Below, in pieces: positions 46,476-56,732 of a stretch of DNA of 64,000 nucleotides (within the stretch, counting starts at the first letter, position 1; each line of letters starts with the position of its first letter). A program made the translations under genes and the position numbers. The DNA is taken from positions 1 to 64,000 of the forward strand of contig CAWKBC010000034.1 in NCBI GenBank assembly GCA_963847705.1. Reading direction: 5' to 3'. This DNA is from an uncultured Pseudomonadota bacterium (lineage in GTDB: Bacteria; Myxococcota_A; Polyangia; Fen-1088). Under the pieces are notes generated by a model that was not told the DNA's origin, did no database searches, and saw only the letters and a program-made list of their open reading frames with translations.

Positions 46476-48338
46476 ATGCTTCGGAAACAACCCTACGCGA
46501 TCCTGGCAATTCTTTCGGCGCTCACGGTCGTTCCCGCGTGCGGCAAGGGGAGCTTGAGTGGCGGGTCAGGAGGGAGTGGCAGTGGAAGCGGCGGCCGCGG
46601 CGGTGGCAACGGAACGGGCAGCGGCACCGGCAACGGCGGAAGCAGCTCCGGAGGATCCGGTGGCGGCGTCGACGGCGGCATGGTCACGCAGCCTCCCGTC
46701 TCGGGCCTCAGCCTGTTCGCCGGATCGTCCTGCGGCGGCCCGATCACCGTCGGAAGCTCTCCGGTGCGGCGCCTGTCGCGCATCGAGTACGACAACATGG
46801 TTCGCGACCTCGGGGTCGATCCGAACAACACGCAGCCGGCCACCCAGTTCGTCACGGAGCAGAAGATCGACAACGGCAAGGCCGGTAACTTCAACACCAA
46901 CGCCTATGCCACGATCTCCGGGACGCTGATCAACCAGCAGTATCTGGAAGCGGCCGAAGCGCTGGCGGCCGCCGCGGTCGCGAACAGCAACGTGCTGGCC
47001 GCCCTGCTCCCTTCTTCTTCCTGCGGGACGAAGAACGCCGCCTGCGCGTCGGCCTTCATCACCACCTGGGCCAATCGCGCCTTCCGCGGGCAGCTCGACG
47101 CTGGCGAGACGACGGCGCTCAACACGCTCTACGCCACCGTGAGCGCCCAGTTCGACTTTCCGACCGGCATCCAGGCGGTGATCGAGGCGGTGCTCACCTC
47201 GCCGCGCTTCCTCTTCGTCCTCGAGTTCGGTCAGCCGAGCTCCGACCCCTCCGCCGCCGCGGTTCCGCTGACGCCGATGGAGCTGGCCACCCGCCTGGCG
47301 CTCTACCTGTGGCGCTCCATTCCGGACCAGACCTTGCTCGACGCGGCCAACGGCGTGAACGGCGGCAGCCTGGTCAGCGCCTCCGACGTCGCCACGCAGG
47401 CGACGCGGATGCTCGCCGATCCCAAAGCGACGAGCGCGCTCTCCGACTTCGCCGACCAGTGGCTGGACATCGAGAACATGAACTCGGTCACCAAGGACAC
47501 GCAGTTCACGAAATGGACGTCCAACGTCGCCGCCGACCTCCACACCGAGAGCCTGACCACCTTCACCCAGGCGGTGCTGGGGAACAGCAGCTTCACCTCG
47601 CTGCTCACCTCGGGATCCTCCTACATCAACGGCGATCTGGCCTCGTTCTACGGCCTCTCCGGCAGCCCCACCTTCAGCACCGCGACGACCGTCAACACGG
47701 CGGCCAATCCGCGGATGGGGATCTTGAGCCAGGGGAGCGTGCTGGCCATGCACGCGCACACCTCGCTGCCCTCGCCCACCAAGCGCGGCCGCCTGATCCG
47801 CCAGCAGGTCCTGTGCGAGGAGGTCCCCGACCCGCCCGCCTCGGTCGGGGGCGTGCCGATCCCGCCGCCGCCCGCCAGCATCAGCAGCGGCACGACACGC
47901 GCCGCCTACCTTCAACACGTGTCGGGGAACACCGTGTGCAACAACTGCCACCAGTTCATGGACTGGATCGGGTTCGGCTTCGACAACTACGACGCCACCG
48001 GCGCGTACATCACGCAGGAGAATGCGACCAACGTCGACCCGAGCGGACAGTTCATCCCCTACCCGAACTCCAGCGACATCAGCGGAACCTTCACCGGCAT
48101 GACCGACATGATGACCCAGCTGTCGAAGAGCGAGCAGGTCGACCAGTGCTTCGCGCTGGAGGAGCTTCGCTACGCGCTCCTCCGCTCGGAGACCACCGAA
48201 GACGCCTGCTCGGCGCAGCAGATCTACCAGGCCTTTTCGGGAAGCAACTTCAGCATCTCGAAGCTCCTCGTCGCCGTGGTGAGCAGCAATTCGTTCATGT
48301 ACCGCACGCCGGTGAGCGCGGGCCAAGCCTGTCAATAG
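46476..48338 (+). CDS. DUF1592/DUF1588-type (PSD/PSCyt) lipoprotein
   Basis: RRLSR.EY.N.VRDL, RAFR, L.SPRFL, ELATRL.L.LW.S.PD, SPTKRG, C..CH..D..G..F..YD..G. Confidence 0.88.
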   Translation: MLRKQPYAILAILSALTVVPACGKGSLSGGSGGSGSGSGGRGGGNGTGSGTGNGGSSSGGSGGGVDGGMVTQPPVSGLSLFAGSSCGGPITVGSSPVRRLSRIEYDNMVRDLGVDPNNTQPATQFVTEQKIDNGKAGNFNTNAYATISGTLINQQYLEAAEALAAAAVANSNVLAALLPSSSCGTKNAACASAFITTWANRAFRGQLDAGETTALNTLYATVSAQFDFPTGIQAVIEAVLTSPRFLFVLEFGQPSSDPSAAAVPLTPMELATRLALYLWRSIPDQTLLDAANGVNGGSLVSASDVATQATRMLADPKATSALSDFADQWLDIENMNSVTKDTQFTKWTSNVAADLHTESLTTFTQAVLGNSSFTSLLTSGSSYINGDLASFYGLSGSPTFSTATTVNTAANPRMGILSQGSVLAMHAHTSLPSPTKRGRLIRQQVLCEEVPDPPASVGGVPIPPPPASISSGTTRAAYLQHVSGNTVCNNCHQFMDWIGFGFDNYDATGAYITQENATNVDPSGQFIPYPNSSDISGTFTGMTDMMTQLSKSEQVDQCFALEELRYALLRSETTEDACSAQQIYQAFSGSNFSISKLLVAVVSSNSFMYRTPVSAGQACQ

Positions 48339-48356
48339 ATCAACGAAAGCCTGTCT

Positions 48357-49904
48357 ATGAACAAACGCAAAATACAGCTTGAACGGAGACACTTCCTGCA
48401 GCTGGTGGGCGCCTCCGCCCTCACCTATCCCTTCCTGCGCGGTGTCCCCAGCTACGCCGCCGCCAGCGGAAGCGCGCCGACCTACCTGGTCTTGGTGTTC
48501 ACCCCTTGTGGCTGCGTCCGCCCGGTCTGGGGTGCCACCGACATGAGCGGGGCGTCGATCCCCCGTCCGGCTTCCGGCGCGGCGCCGACGCTCACCAGCA
48601 ACTTCAAGTTCCGCAGCACGCTCGCCCCGTTCGCCACGGGGGGGACCGTCGGGGGCAGCTCCTGGACGACGAACTTGCAGTCCAAGGTGCTGGTCCTCGA
48701 CGGCCTCAACAACAAGGCGGCCCAGGGATCGCACGAGGCGGGCATGGCGTCGCTCTGGACCGGTCAGATCTCCACGGGCAATCAGGCGACGAGCATCAGC
48801 ATCGATCAGCAGATCAGCGCCCTGCTCAAGGCCGGCACGGCGCTCCCGTCGATCCAGCTGATGGTCCGCGACCCCGCCGACTTCACCGATCGCGAGGTGA
48901 AGACGCGCATGCTCTACAACGCGGCCGGCGTCTTCGTCGATCCGATCGACGATCCGACCACCGCGGCGTCGACCTTCTTTCCGGCCATGTCTTCGACCAA
49001 CACGGGGCCGGACAAGACGACGTTCATCCGGCAGCAGCTGTTCGGCAGCGGGACGCAGGCGGGCGAGCTCAACAGCGAGCTGAACAATCTGATGCCCAAG
49101 CTCTGCACCCAGGACCGCACCCAGCTGCAGGCGTTGCAGGACGGCTGGAACAACCTCTACACGCAGCTGCAGGCGGCGGCGACCGCGTCGGCGAAGTGCA
49201 CGCCGCCCGGGGCGATCAGCGTCAGCACCGACTTCCCCACCAACGCCAAGCAGCAGATGGACATCCTGGCGCTGGCGCTGGCCTGCGATCTCACCCGGGT
49301 GGCGAGCCTGCAGTTCTCCACGTCCACCAGCCAGGTGACGCACAGCTGGCTCAGCACCAGCCAGAACCCCCAGAACAACAGCCACCACAACTTCTCGCAC
49401 ATGGGCCCGACCTACCTGGGCGCGCTCGCCATGTGCCAGGGCTACAACAACATGGGCCAGTGCACGGGCGTCACCGACATGTACAGCGCCAGCAACGTGA
49501 ACCTCTATCAGAGCGCTCCCCAGCAGGAAGCGATCGACCAGTTTTACGCCACGCAGGTCGCCTACCTGGCGCAGAAGCTCAATGGGCTCTCGGGTGCCAA
49601 CGGCGGCTCGCTGCTCGATCAGTCGGTGCTCTGCTGGGGGAACGAGCTCGACATGGGGGCGGCCCACAACCACGACGACACGCCGTTCGTCCTGGTGGGC
49701 GGCGCCAATGGTCAGCTCAAGACCGGCAACCTGGTGACCTTCCCGCTCGATCTCGTCGACGGCAGCGAGGCCACCGCCGCGATGAACGACCGGTCGCACA
49801 ACGATCTGCTCCTCACGCTGGCGAAGGTGATGGGCACGCCGATGACCACCTTTGGCGAGCCGACCTACTGCACCGGTCCGATCACGCAGATCCTGAACTC
49901 GTAG
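48357..49904 (+). CDS. DUF1552-family protein with Tat signal
   Basis: RRHFL Tat motif, SIDQ.I, ALACDLTRV.SL, H..SH, GSLLD.S, H...D.PF.L.G. Confidence 0.88.
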   Translation: MNKRKIQLERRHFLQLVGASALTYPFLRGVPSYAAASGSAPTYLVLVFTPCGCVRPVWGATDMSGASIPRPASGAAPTLTSNFKFRSTLAPFATGGTVGGSSWTTNLQSKVLVLDGLNNKAAQGSHEAGMASLWTGQISTGNQATSISIDQQISALLKAGTALPSIQLMVRDPADFTDREVKTRMLYNAAGVFVDPIDDPTTAASTFFPAMSSTNTGPDKTTFIRQQLFGSGTQAGELNSELNNLMPKLCTQDRTQLQALQDGWNNLYTQLQAAATASAKCTPPGAISVSTDFPTNAKQQMDILALALACDLTRVASLQFSTSTSQVTHSWLSTSQNPQNNSHHNFSHMGPTYLGALAMCQGYNNMGQCTGVTDMYSASNVNLYQSAPQQEAIDQFYATQVAYLAQKLNGLSGANGGSLLDQSVLCWGNELDMGAAHNHDDTPFVLVGGANGQLKTGNLVTFPLDLVDGSEATAAMNDRSHNDLLLTLAKVMGTPMTTFGEPTYCTGPITQILNS

Positions 49905-49992
49905 TCGGGAGCTCCGGGGCAAGTGCGCGGGCCGCTCCGGTGCCGGCGCGGGCCCGCGAGGATCAGGGAACCTGGATCCTGTCAGGTGCCCG

Positions 49993-50733
49993 TCAGGTGC
50001 CACCACCCCGCAGCATCACCAGCGGGGTGCGGAGCAAGACCGAGACCTCGAGCTGCACGAAGGTGCGCAGATCCTCCATCGCCGCCGTGTAGGCCAGGTC
50101 ATAGAGCAGCTTCATGCGCATGTGATCGGCCAGGGCGTCCTCCGCCCCGTCCACCTTGAAGGGGTTGGTCAGATCGTGCTCGAACAGATCGAGCTCGCTG
50201 CCGGGCGGCGGCTTGCCGCTATAGCCCAGCGTCACCTGCGCCAGGCCGGTGATGCCGGGCTTCACGTCGCGCATCCGTTCCTCGAAGTAGGGGATGGCGT
50301 GCGCGAGCTGCTGGGCCAGCTCCGGGCGTTCCGGGCGCGGGCCGACGATGCTCATGTCGCCGAGGAAGACGTTGATGAACTGCGGCACCTCGTCGATCCG
50401 CGTCTTGCGCAAGAACCGACCGACGCGGGTGACGCGGGGATCGTCCTCGCTGGCCAGGACCGGCCCGGTGAGCTCCTCCGCGTCGGGGCGCATCGAGCGG
50501 AACTTGAGCATCGAAAATTCCCGGAACTTGGGGCTGTCGTCCTCCTCGGAGGAGGAGTCGTCCGATGTGCGCACGAGCTGCCCGGCGCGGCGCTGGCGAA
50601 TAAAAATGGTTCCCGGCGAATCGAGGTAGACTGCCGCGGCGATCAGAGGGAAAAAGGGTGCAGTGATGGCCAGGCCGAGAAGCGAGCCCGCGACGTCGAT
50701 CAGTCTTTTTACGACGCGAACCGACCGGACCAC
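49993..50733 (-). CDS. Polyprenyl-phosphate phosphosugar transferase (Bac_transf, short PglC-like form)
   Basis: [47 protein letters not shown]. Confidence 0.92.
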   Translation of the reverse strand: MVRSVRVVKRLIDVAGSLLGLAITAPFFPLIAAAVYLDSPGTIFIRQRRAGQLVRTSDDSSSEEDDSPKFREFSMLKFRSMRPDAEELTGPVLASEDDPRVTRVGRFLRKTRIDEVPQFINVFLGDMSIVGPRPERPELAQQLAHAIPYFEERMRDVKPGITGLAQVTLGYSGKPPPGSELDLFEHDLTNPFKVDGAEDALADHMRMKLLYDLAYTAAMEDLRTFVQLEVSVLLRTPLVMLRGGGT

Positions 50734-50809
50734 GCCGTTAGGCTACACCGAAACGCCAAGCCTCCGATATGACACGGAAGATGGAGCGCCCGCCGACGAG
50801 GCTGCCGCC

Positions 50810-51322
50810 TTGATTCGCCTCCAGCTGCTCGGAATATTGGAGCACCGGGACGTTGCCCTTCGTGCGGTGTCGACGGCGTGCAAGTTGGTGACGCCCCGCC
50901 CGCAGGGGCGAGCATGGAACAATTTTCAAATGCAGGTGGTCTCCGCCGTCGGCGAGGCATTCAACAACATCGTTCTCCACGGGTACGCGAACCGGCAGAC
51001 AGCGGTGCGGGCCCCGGAGCAGGTCCCGCGGCGGCAGCTCCGGGAACAGCAAGTCCGGGAACAGATCGGCAGCATCGATCTGCGAATCCAAACCCGCCGC
51101 GGCCACATCAGGATAGAGCTGCGCGATTGGGGATCCGGCTTCGATCCGACGCGGGTTCCCCCTCCGGCGTTCGACACCCTCCCCGAGTCCGGCCTCGGCC
51201 TCTTCATCATGCAATCCTTCATGGAAATGGCGTACCGTCCCGGCCGCCCCAACCTGCTCACCCTGAGCAAGCGCTACGTCGAACGCTCGAGCGCCGTCCG
51301 CAAGAGCGAAGGTGCAACATGA
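50810..51322 (+). CDS. RsbW/SpoIIAB-like anti-sigma factor kinase
   Basis: AVGEAFNNIVLHGY, D.G.GFDP, ESGLGLFIM, N.L.L.K; start uncertain (TTG 50810 chosen). Confidence 0.85.
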   Translation: MIRLQLLGILEHRDVALRAVSTACKLVTPRPQGRAWNNFQMQVVSAVGEAFNNIVLHGYANRQTAVRAPEQVPRRQLREQQVREQIGSIDLRIQTRRGHIRIELRDWGSGFDPTRVPPPAFDTLPESGLGLFIMQSFMEMAYRPGRPNLLTLSKRYVERSSAVRKSEGAT

Positions 51323-51669
51323 GATTCGAGATCAAGGCAGCCACTGGCGTCACGCACCTCGCCATCGAAGGCGAGCTCGATGCCGTCAGCGTGTCGGAGC
51401 TGCGCCCCGATCTCGAGAAGCTGGTCAAGGGCCGGCCGACCGTCGTGGAGGTCGATCTGTCTTCGCTCCGTATGGTCGACAGCTCTGGAATCGGCGCGCT
51501 GGTCTCGCTCTACAAGCGCGTCAGGGCACAGGGCGGAACGGTCGTCATCAAGGGGCTGCGCGACCAGCCGCTGGCGATCTTCCGGCTGCTTCGTCTCGAT
51601 CGCGTGATGCTGGGCGCTGACACCCGGAGTCCGCCTCCGGCGCACAAGCAATCCAAATCCCGCCACTAG
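51319..51669 (+). CDS. STAS-domain anti-sigma factor antagonist (RsbV/SpoIIAA-like)
   Basis: GELD, VDLS.L..VDSSGIGALV; ATGA overlap with the upstream kinase. Confidence 0.93.
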   Translation: MRFEIKAATGVTHLAIEGELDAVSVSELRPDLEKLVKGRPTVVEVDLSSLRMVDSSGIGALVSLYKRVRAQGGTVVIKGLRDQPLAIFRLLRLDRVMLGADTRSPPPAHKQSKSRH

Positions 51670-51752
51670 AAACTCCCACCACTAGAAGCTCCCACCACTG
51701 GAAGCTCCCACCACTGGAAGCTCCCACCACCAGACACTCCCACCACTGGACT
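51657..51752. repeat. Six tandem copies of a 16-bp unit beginning in the STAS gene end
   Basis: ctcccaccactggaag-like units at 51657, 51673, 51689, 51705, 51721 and 51737; the first includes the TAG stop. Confidence 0.92.
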
Positions 51753-51934
51753 TCGCCTCCTCCAGAACCATCTCCTGGTGGTGCGCTGCAACACCGTGAA
51801 ACCACGACGCACTTTGGCGAAAAATCTGTCGTTCCTGAACTGTCACCCAGGATACGGTTTTGAATGGCGTAGGATCATGGGCTCGGCTACCTTAGGCACA
51901 CGGTGGGTTTGCGTATCAGGTGTCGGGGATATAG

Positions 51935-53203
51935 ATGAAAATGGACTCCAGTCCGATGGCCGTGACCTCGCCGCTTCTCGTCGACGCATCGCTCAGTGAG
52001 CCGACCGGGCCCAACCCGGTCAGCCAGGCGGTCGCCGCGCTCGGCGATCCGGAGTCACCGTCAGAGCTCGCCCAGCGGCTCGCGGTCGTCGTCGCGATGC
52101 TCTGGCCGCAGATCGCCGATGCGGATCTGTTCCTGCCCGAGAAAGGGCGTCCGCTGCGCGGCGTCCGTGACGCGCGCGCTGGCGCCGGGCTGCTGGCCAC
52201 CTTGAACGCGGTGTGGGGACCGATCGCCGCGCGCGGCCTCATGCCGGTGACCCCCACCCTTCTTCCTGGCGACGCCGCGACCGGACGCGGTTCGACGATG
52301 TCGACGCCGATCTTCGCCGGCAAGTCGCTGGAGGGGTTCCTGGTCGTGCAGCGGCAGGCCGACGGACCAGCCTTCACGATCGCCGACCTCGAAGGTCTCG
52401 CCCTGCTGGGTGAGGGGGTGGGCGGCATTCTCCCGCGCTGCCGCGCCCATGTTTCGTCGGCGACGATCTCCTGGCTGGAACAGGACCTGGCGGCCGCGGG
52501 AACGGTCCAACGGACCTTCTTGCCAGAACCAATCGGCGAGAACTCGGCCGGTGTTCGCGTCGTGACCGAGTACATGCCGGCCTACGCGGTCGGCGGCGAT
52601 TTCTACGACTTCATCGATCTGGGCAACGGCCGGGTGATGGGTGTCATCGGCGACGTCTCGGGCAAGGGCGTCACGGCAGCCCTCACCATGGGGCGCGTCA
52701 GCGCCGACATCCGCCGGATGGCCACCGAGGTCTCGGGCCCCGCGGAGCTGCTGGAGCGGCTCAATCACACCCTCTCGGTCCGCATGCAAGACGACCGCTT
52801 CGTGACGGCGCTCTGCGTGCTGCTCGACGCTCCGAACAAGAAGTGGATCTTCGCCAACGCCGGCCACGTGCTGCCGCTCTTGCGCCGTTCGACCGGGGTG
52901 GTGTCGCGCGTCGCGTACTCTTCGGGGCCGCCGCTCGGCATCGTGGCGCACGCGCAGTACCGCGAGGAGACGATCTCCGTCGCCGCCCGGGACATCCTGC
53001 TGCTCGCCACCGACGGCGTGTTCGAGATCCTCTCGGCGCCGCGGCGCCCCTGCTCGACGATGGGGCAGTGCCAGTTCACGGAGCTGGTCGGCAGCGCCCC
53101 CCACGACATCGGCGAGATCAGCCGGCGCATCGTCGCCACGGCCCAGGAAGCGACCAACGGCCGCGACGATCTGGCGCTGCTTGGCATGCAGATCGCCGGC
53201 TGA
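51935..53203 (+). CDS. SpoIIE/RsbU-type PP2C phosphatase with GAF-like N-terminus
   Basis: VGGDFYD, IGDVSGKG..AA, RFVT, NAGH, TDGV.E, DD. Confidence 0.92.
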   Translation: MKMDSSPMAVTSPLLVDASLSEPTGPNPVSQAVAALGDPESPSELAQRLAVVVAMLWPQIADADLFLPEKGRPLRGVRDARAGAGLLATLNAVWGPIAARGLMPVTPTLLPGDAATGRGSTMSTPIFAGKSLEGFLVVQRQADGPAFTIADLEGLALLGEGVGGILPRCRAHVSSATISWLEQDLAAAGTVQRTFLPEPIGENSAGVRVVTEYMPAYAVGGDFYDFIDLGNGRVMGVIGDVSGKGVTAALTMGRVSADIRRMATEVSGPAELLERLNHTLSVRMQDDRFVTALCVLLDAPNKKWIFANAGHVLPLLRRSTGVVSRVAYSSGPPLGIVAHAQYREETISVAARDILLLATDGVFEILSAPRRPCSTMGQCQFTELVGSAPHDIGEISRRIVATAQEATNGRDDLALLGMQIAG

Positions 53204-53259
53204 AGCCAGCCCAGCGCCGACCGCGGCCAGGGACCACCAAAACGCGGCTTCCCGGCCGC

Positions 53260-54198
53260 TCAGGCCCGACCGGCGTACCAGGCGACCGTGCGCCGCAGCC
53301 CCTCGCTGAACGAGATCGCGCCGCGGTAGCCGAGGCGCTCGCGCGCGGCGCTGACGTCGGCCAGCGAGTGCTTGACGTCGCCCACCCGCCCCGGGACGTA
53401 GGTGATCGGAACGGCGTGCCCCACGATCTCGCCGACCAGCCTGATCACGTCGTTCAGATTGATGGCGGCGCCGCAGGCGACGTTGAAGACGCTCCCTGAA
53501 ACACCGGAAGCCGTCGCCGCCGCCAGGTTCGCCTCGACCGTGTTGTCGATGAAGCAGAAGTCGCGCGACTGCGTGCCGTCGCCGTAGATGGTGACCCCCT
53601 GGCCGGCGAGCGCGGTGGTCACGAAGCGCGGGATGACGGCGGCGTACTCCGAATTCGGATCCTGGTGAGGGCCGAAGACGTTGAAGTAGCGCAGGCAGAC
53701 GGTCTCGAGGCCGTAGGCGCCGGCGAATACCTGGCAGTAGTGCTCGCCCGCAAGCTTCGAGACGGCATAGGGAGAGAGCGGCATCGGCCGCATCGTCTCG
53801 ACCTTCGGCAGCGTCGGCGTGTCGCCGTAGGCCGACGAAGAGGCCGCGTAGATGACACGCCGGACGCCCGCGCGCTTGGCGGCCTGGAGCAACTGGAGCG
53901 TCCCGGTGGCGTTGGCTTGGTGGCTCCTGATCGGATCGGCCAGGGAGCGCGGCACGGAAGGGACGGCCGCTTCGTGAAACACGAGCTCGATGCCGGCCAG
54001 CGCGCTGGCGAGCGCCGCCTCATCCCGGATGTCGGCCTCGATGAGCTCGATGTCTTTGCTGATGTCGGCAAGGTTCTCGCGGCGCCCCGAGGAGAGGTCG
54101 TCGATCACACGCACCCGCTCGCCACGGGCGACCAGCGCGCGCGCCAGGGACGACCCGATGAAGCCGGCGCCACCGGTGACGAGACAGGGGGTGGGCAC
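53260..54198 (-). CDS. NAD-dependent nucleotide-sugar epimerase (WbpP-like SDR)
   Basis: TGGAGFIGS, ASSSAYG, YAVSK, RYFNVFGP.Q, GDG.QSRDF. Confidence 0.93.
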   Translation of the reverse strand: MPTPCLVTGGAGFIGSSLARALVARGERVRVIDDLSSGRRENLADISKDIELIEADIRDEAALASALAGIELVFHEAAVPSVPRSLADPIRSHQANATGTLQLLQAAKRAGVRRVIYAASSSAYGDTPTLPKVETMRPMPLSPYAVSKLAGEHYCQVFAGAYGLETVCLRYFNVFGPHQDPNSEYAAVIPRFVTTALAGQGVTIYGDGTQSRDFCFIDNTVEANLAAATASGVSGSVFNVACGAAINLNDVIRLVGEIVGHAVPITYVPGRVGDVKHSLADVSAARERLGYRGAISFSEGLRRTVAWYAGRA

Positions 54199-54295
54199 GC
54201 GGCAAACGCTAGCTGATGCTCCGGCCGATTCCCAGCGCCCAACCTGGCGCGCGCAACCGGGCGCCTGGTCACTCCGAAGACGCCGGGTGGGTCCC

Positions 54296-56725
54296 GTGCG
54301 TCTGGTCTCCTGGGCCGTGGCTTTTGCCGTCGGAGACGCGCTGGGAGCGAGCGGCGTGGCCGACTGGCGAGCCGCAGCCGCGGTCGCGCTCGTCGCCGTC
54401 GCCTCACTGGGCCTGCGGCGGGGCCGGGCGCTGGCCGGTCCGCTTCTGTTCCTCGCCCTGGGGGGCCTGCTCGGGGGCCGCGCGGCGCGGGTGCCGGCGC
54501 TCGCTCCCGCGCTCGCCGCAGCCGTCGATTCCGAGGAGCCGCGGGTGATCGAGGCGGTCGTCGTTCACGGCCCCGAGGAGACCGCGAACGGGACGCGCCT
54601 CATCGTGACGCTCGCCGCGCTCGACGGCGCGCCGGCCGAAGGGACGCTGGCCCTGTCGGTCGCCAGCGGTTGGCCCGACTTCGGCCCCGGCGAGACGATC
54701 GCCTGCCGGGCGAAGCTGCGGGCGCTGCGGGGGACGCGCAACCCCGGACTGCCCGATCCGGCGCTGGCGTTGCGGGCCGTCGGGATCGAGGTGCTCGCCG
54801 GCGTGCCGACCGCGGGGTCCATCCGCCGCCTGGCCGAGCCTGCGGGTCTCGGGCCGCGCCGCGCGGCGTACCTGGCGCGGCGGGCGCTGCGTGCGGCGAT
54901 CGATCGGGTGGTCGCGGGAGAAGCAGGCGCCTTTCTCAAGACCGCGGTGCTCGGCGATCGGCGCGGCGTCTCGCCCGACGTCGAGGAGGGGTTTCGCGCC
55001 GCGGGCGCCACCCACGTCCTCTCTGTCTCCGGGCTCCACCTGGCGGCGGTGGCCGCGCTCTTCTTTCTGCTGGTGCGCGGCCTGGCCGCGCGCGTGCCGG
55101 GGCTTCCTCTCTACGTCGACCCGCGGGCGATCGCCGCCGCAGCTTCGCTGCCGGCCATCGCGCTCTTCACCCTGCTGACCGGCGAGGCGGTGGCCACCGA
55201 GCGCTCGGCCCTGATGCTGGCGCTGGGGATGGGGGCGCTGCTGGTCGGGCGCACGGCGTCGGCGGGCCCCACCATCGCCGGCGCGGCGCTGGTCCTCCTC
55301 ATCGCACGACCGCTGCAGATCTTCGACGTCTCGCTGCAGCTGTCGGTGGCCTCGGTGGCGGGGATCGCCCTCTGCGCGCGGCGGCTCGGCCCCGGCGGGC
55401 GGCCCGGAGACTCGGTGGGACAGCGCGGCCTGCGCTGGCTCGGGCGTTTCGGGGCGGCGACGCTGGCCGCGACGGTCGCCACCGCGCCGCTCGGCGCGCA
55501 CGTCTTCGGCGAGATCGCGCCGCTGGCGCCCCTCGGCAACCTGGCGCTCGTCCCTCTGTGCGAGATGGTCGTCGTCCCGGTCGGCCTGGCGGGCGCCGCG
55601 GCGGCCGCGATCTGGGCGCCCCTCGGCCGGTGGCCGCTGGCGCTGGCGGCCGCCGCCGCGCGCCTGGCACTGGCGATCGCCGCAGGCTTCCGCGCGCACG
55701 CGCCCATCTGGGTCTGCCGCGCCCCGAACGTCTTCGAGACCTTCCTGCTGATCGCCGCCGGCGCACTGGCGCTCGTCGCCCCCACGGTGAGCGGCGGCGG
55801 TCGCCGACTGGCCATCGGGGCTGCGGTCGCCTGCGCGGTCGCCGCCTCCTCCAGTCTCGTCATCCGCGACCTCCGCCGGCGGTTCGCCGACACGCTGACC
55901 GTGACCTTCCTCGACGTCGGGCAGGGAGATTCCGCGGTCATCGAGGCGCCGGGGGGCGCGGTCATGCTGATCGACGGCGGCGGCACGCGCGACGGGCAGT
56001 TCGACACCGGTGCGCGCATCGTCGAACCGTTCTTGCGGGCGCGGGGAATCTCCCGCCTCGACGTGGTCGCGCTGTCCCACCCGCACCCGGATCATCTGAA
56101 CGGTCTGTTCCGAATTCTCCAGCGGTTTCCAGTCGGCGCGTTCTGGTCGAGCGGCGACGACGGGCGCAATCCCGACTACCGCCGCCTCATCGCGCTGGCC
56201 GAGGCGCGCGGCGTCCCCAGGCCCGAGATCACGCCGGCGGCGCTGGGCGGCGCCCGGGTCGAGCCGCTGGGGCCGTTCCTCGACGGACGGATCGCCGCCC
56301 CGCCGGGCCTCACGGTCAACGACGCGTCGTTGGTCCTGCGCGTCGCCTTCGCGGGACGGTCGGTGCTGTTCGCGGGCGATCTGGAGGCCGACGGAGAAGG
56401 GGAGCTCTGTGGCCAGCGGTCGCTCGGTCAGACGGTGAGGTCGGACGTGCTCAAGGTTCCGCACCACGGCAGCCGGACGTCGTCGAGCGACGAGCTGCTC
56501 GACGCCGTCGAGCCCGAGCTGGCGGTGATGTCGCTCGGCTGGCGCAACCAGTTCCACTTTCCCGCGCCGGAGGTCGTGGCCCGCTACGCGGCGCGCGGGG
56601 CACAGACGCTGCGGACGGACCGCGACGGAGCCGTGACGGTCACCGTCGCGCCGAGCGGTGCCCTGAACGTGACCTGCGAGCGCGGGTGCCCCACCACGCA
56701 ACCACCCCTGCCCGGCGACCGATGA
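54296..56725 (+). CDS. comEC: ComEC/Rec2 DNA-uptake channel with metallo-beta-lactamase domain
   Basis: G..HVL.VSGLH, QLS, FLDVGQGD, SHPH.DH, N..S.VL, GDLE, KVPHHGS; start uncertain. Confidence 0.92.
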   Translation: MRLVSWAVAFAVGDALGASGVADWRAAAAVALVAVASLGLRRGRALAGPLLFLALGGLLGGRAARVPALAPALAAAVDSEEPRVIEAVVVHGPEETANGTRLIVTLAALDGAPAEGTLALSVASGWPDFGPGETIACRAKLRALRGTRNPGLPDPALALRAVGIEVLAGVPTAGSIRRLAEPAGLGPRRAAYLARRALRAAIDRVVAGEAGAFLKTAVLGDRRGVSPDVEEGFRAAGATHVLSVSGLHLAAVAALFFLLVRGLAARVPGLPLYVDPRAIAAAASLPAIALFTLLTGEAVATERSALMLALGMGALLVGRTASAGPTIAGAALVLLIARPLQIFDVSLQLSVASVAGIALCARRLGPGGRPGDSVGQRGLRWLGRFGAATLAATVATAPLGAHVFGEIAPLAPLGNLALVPLCEMVVVPVGLAGAAAAAIWAPLGRWPLALAAAAARLALAIAAGFRAHAPIWVCRAPNVFETFLLIAAGALALVAPTVSGGGRRLAIGAAVACAVAASSSLVIRDLRRRFADTLTVTFLDVGQGDSAVIEAPGGAVMLIDGGGTRDGQFDTGARIVEPFLRARGISRLDVVALSHPHPDHLNGLFRILQRFPVGAFWSSGDDGRNPDYRRLIALAEARGVPRPEITPAALGGARVEPLGPFLDGRIAAPPGLTVNDASLVLRVAFAGRSVLFAGDLEADGEGELCGQRSLGQTVRSDVLKVPHHGSRTSSSDELLDAVEPELAVMSLGWRNQFHFPAPEVVARYAARGAQTLRTDRDGAVTVTVAPSGALNVTCERGCPTTQPPLPGDR

Positions 56726-56732
56726 GGGGTTC

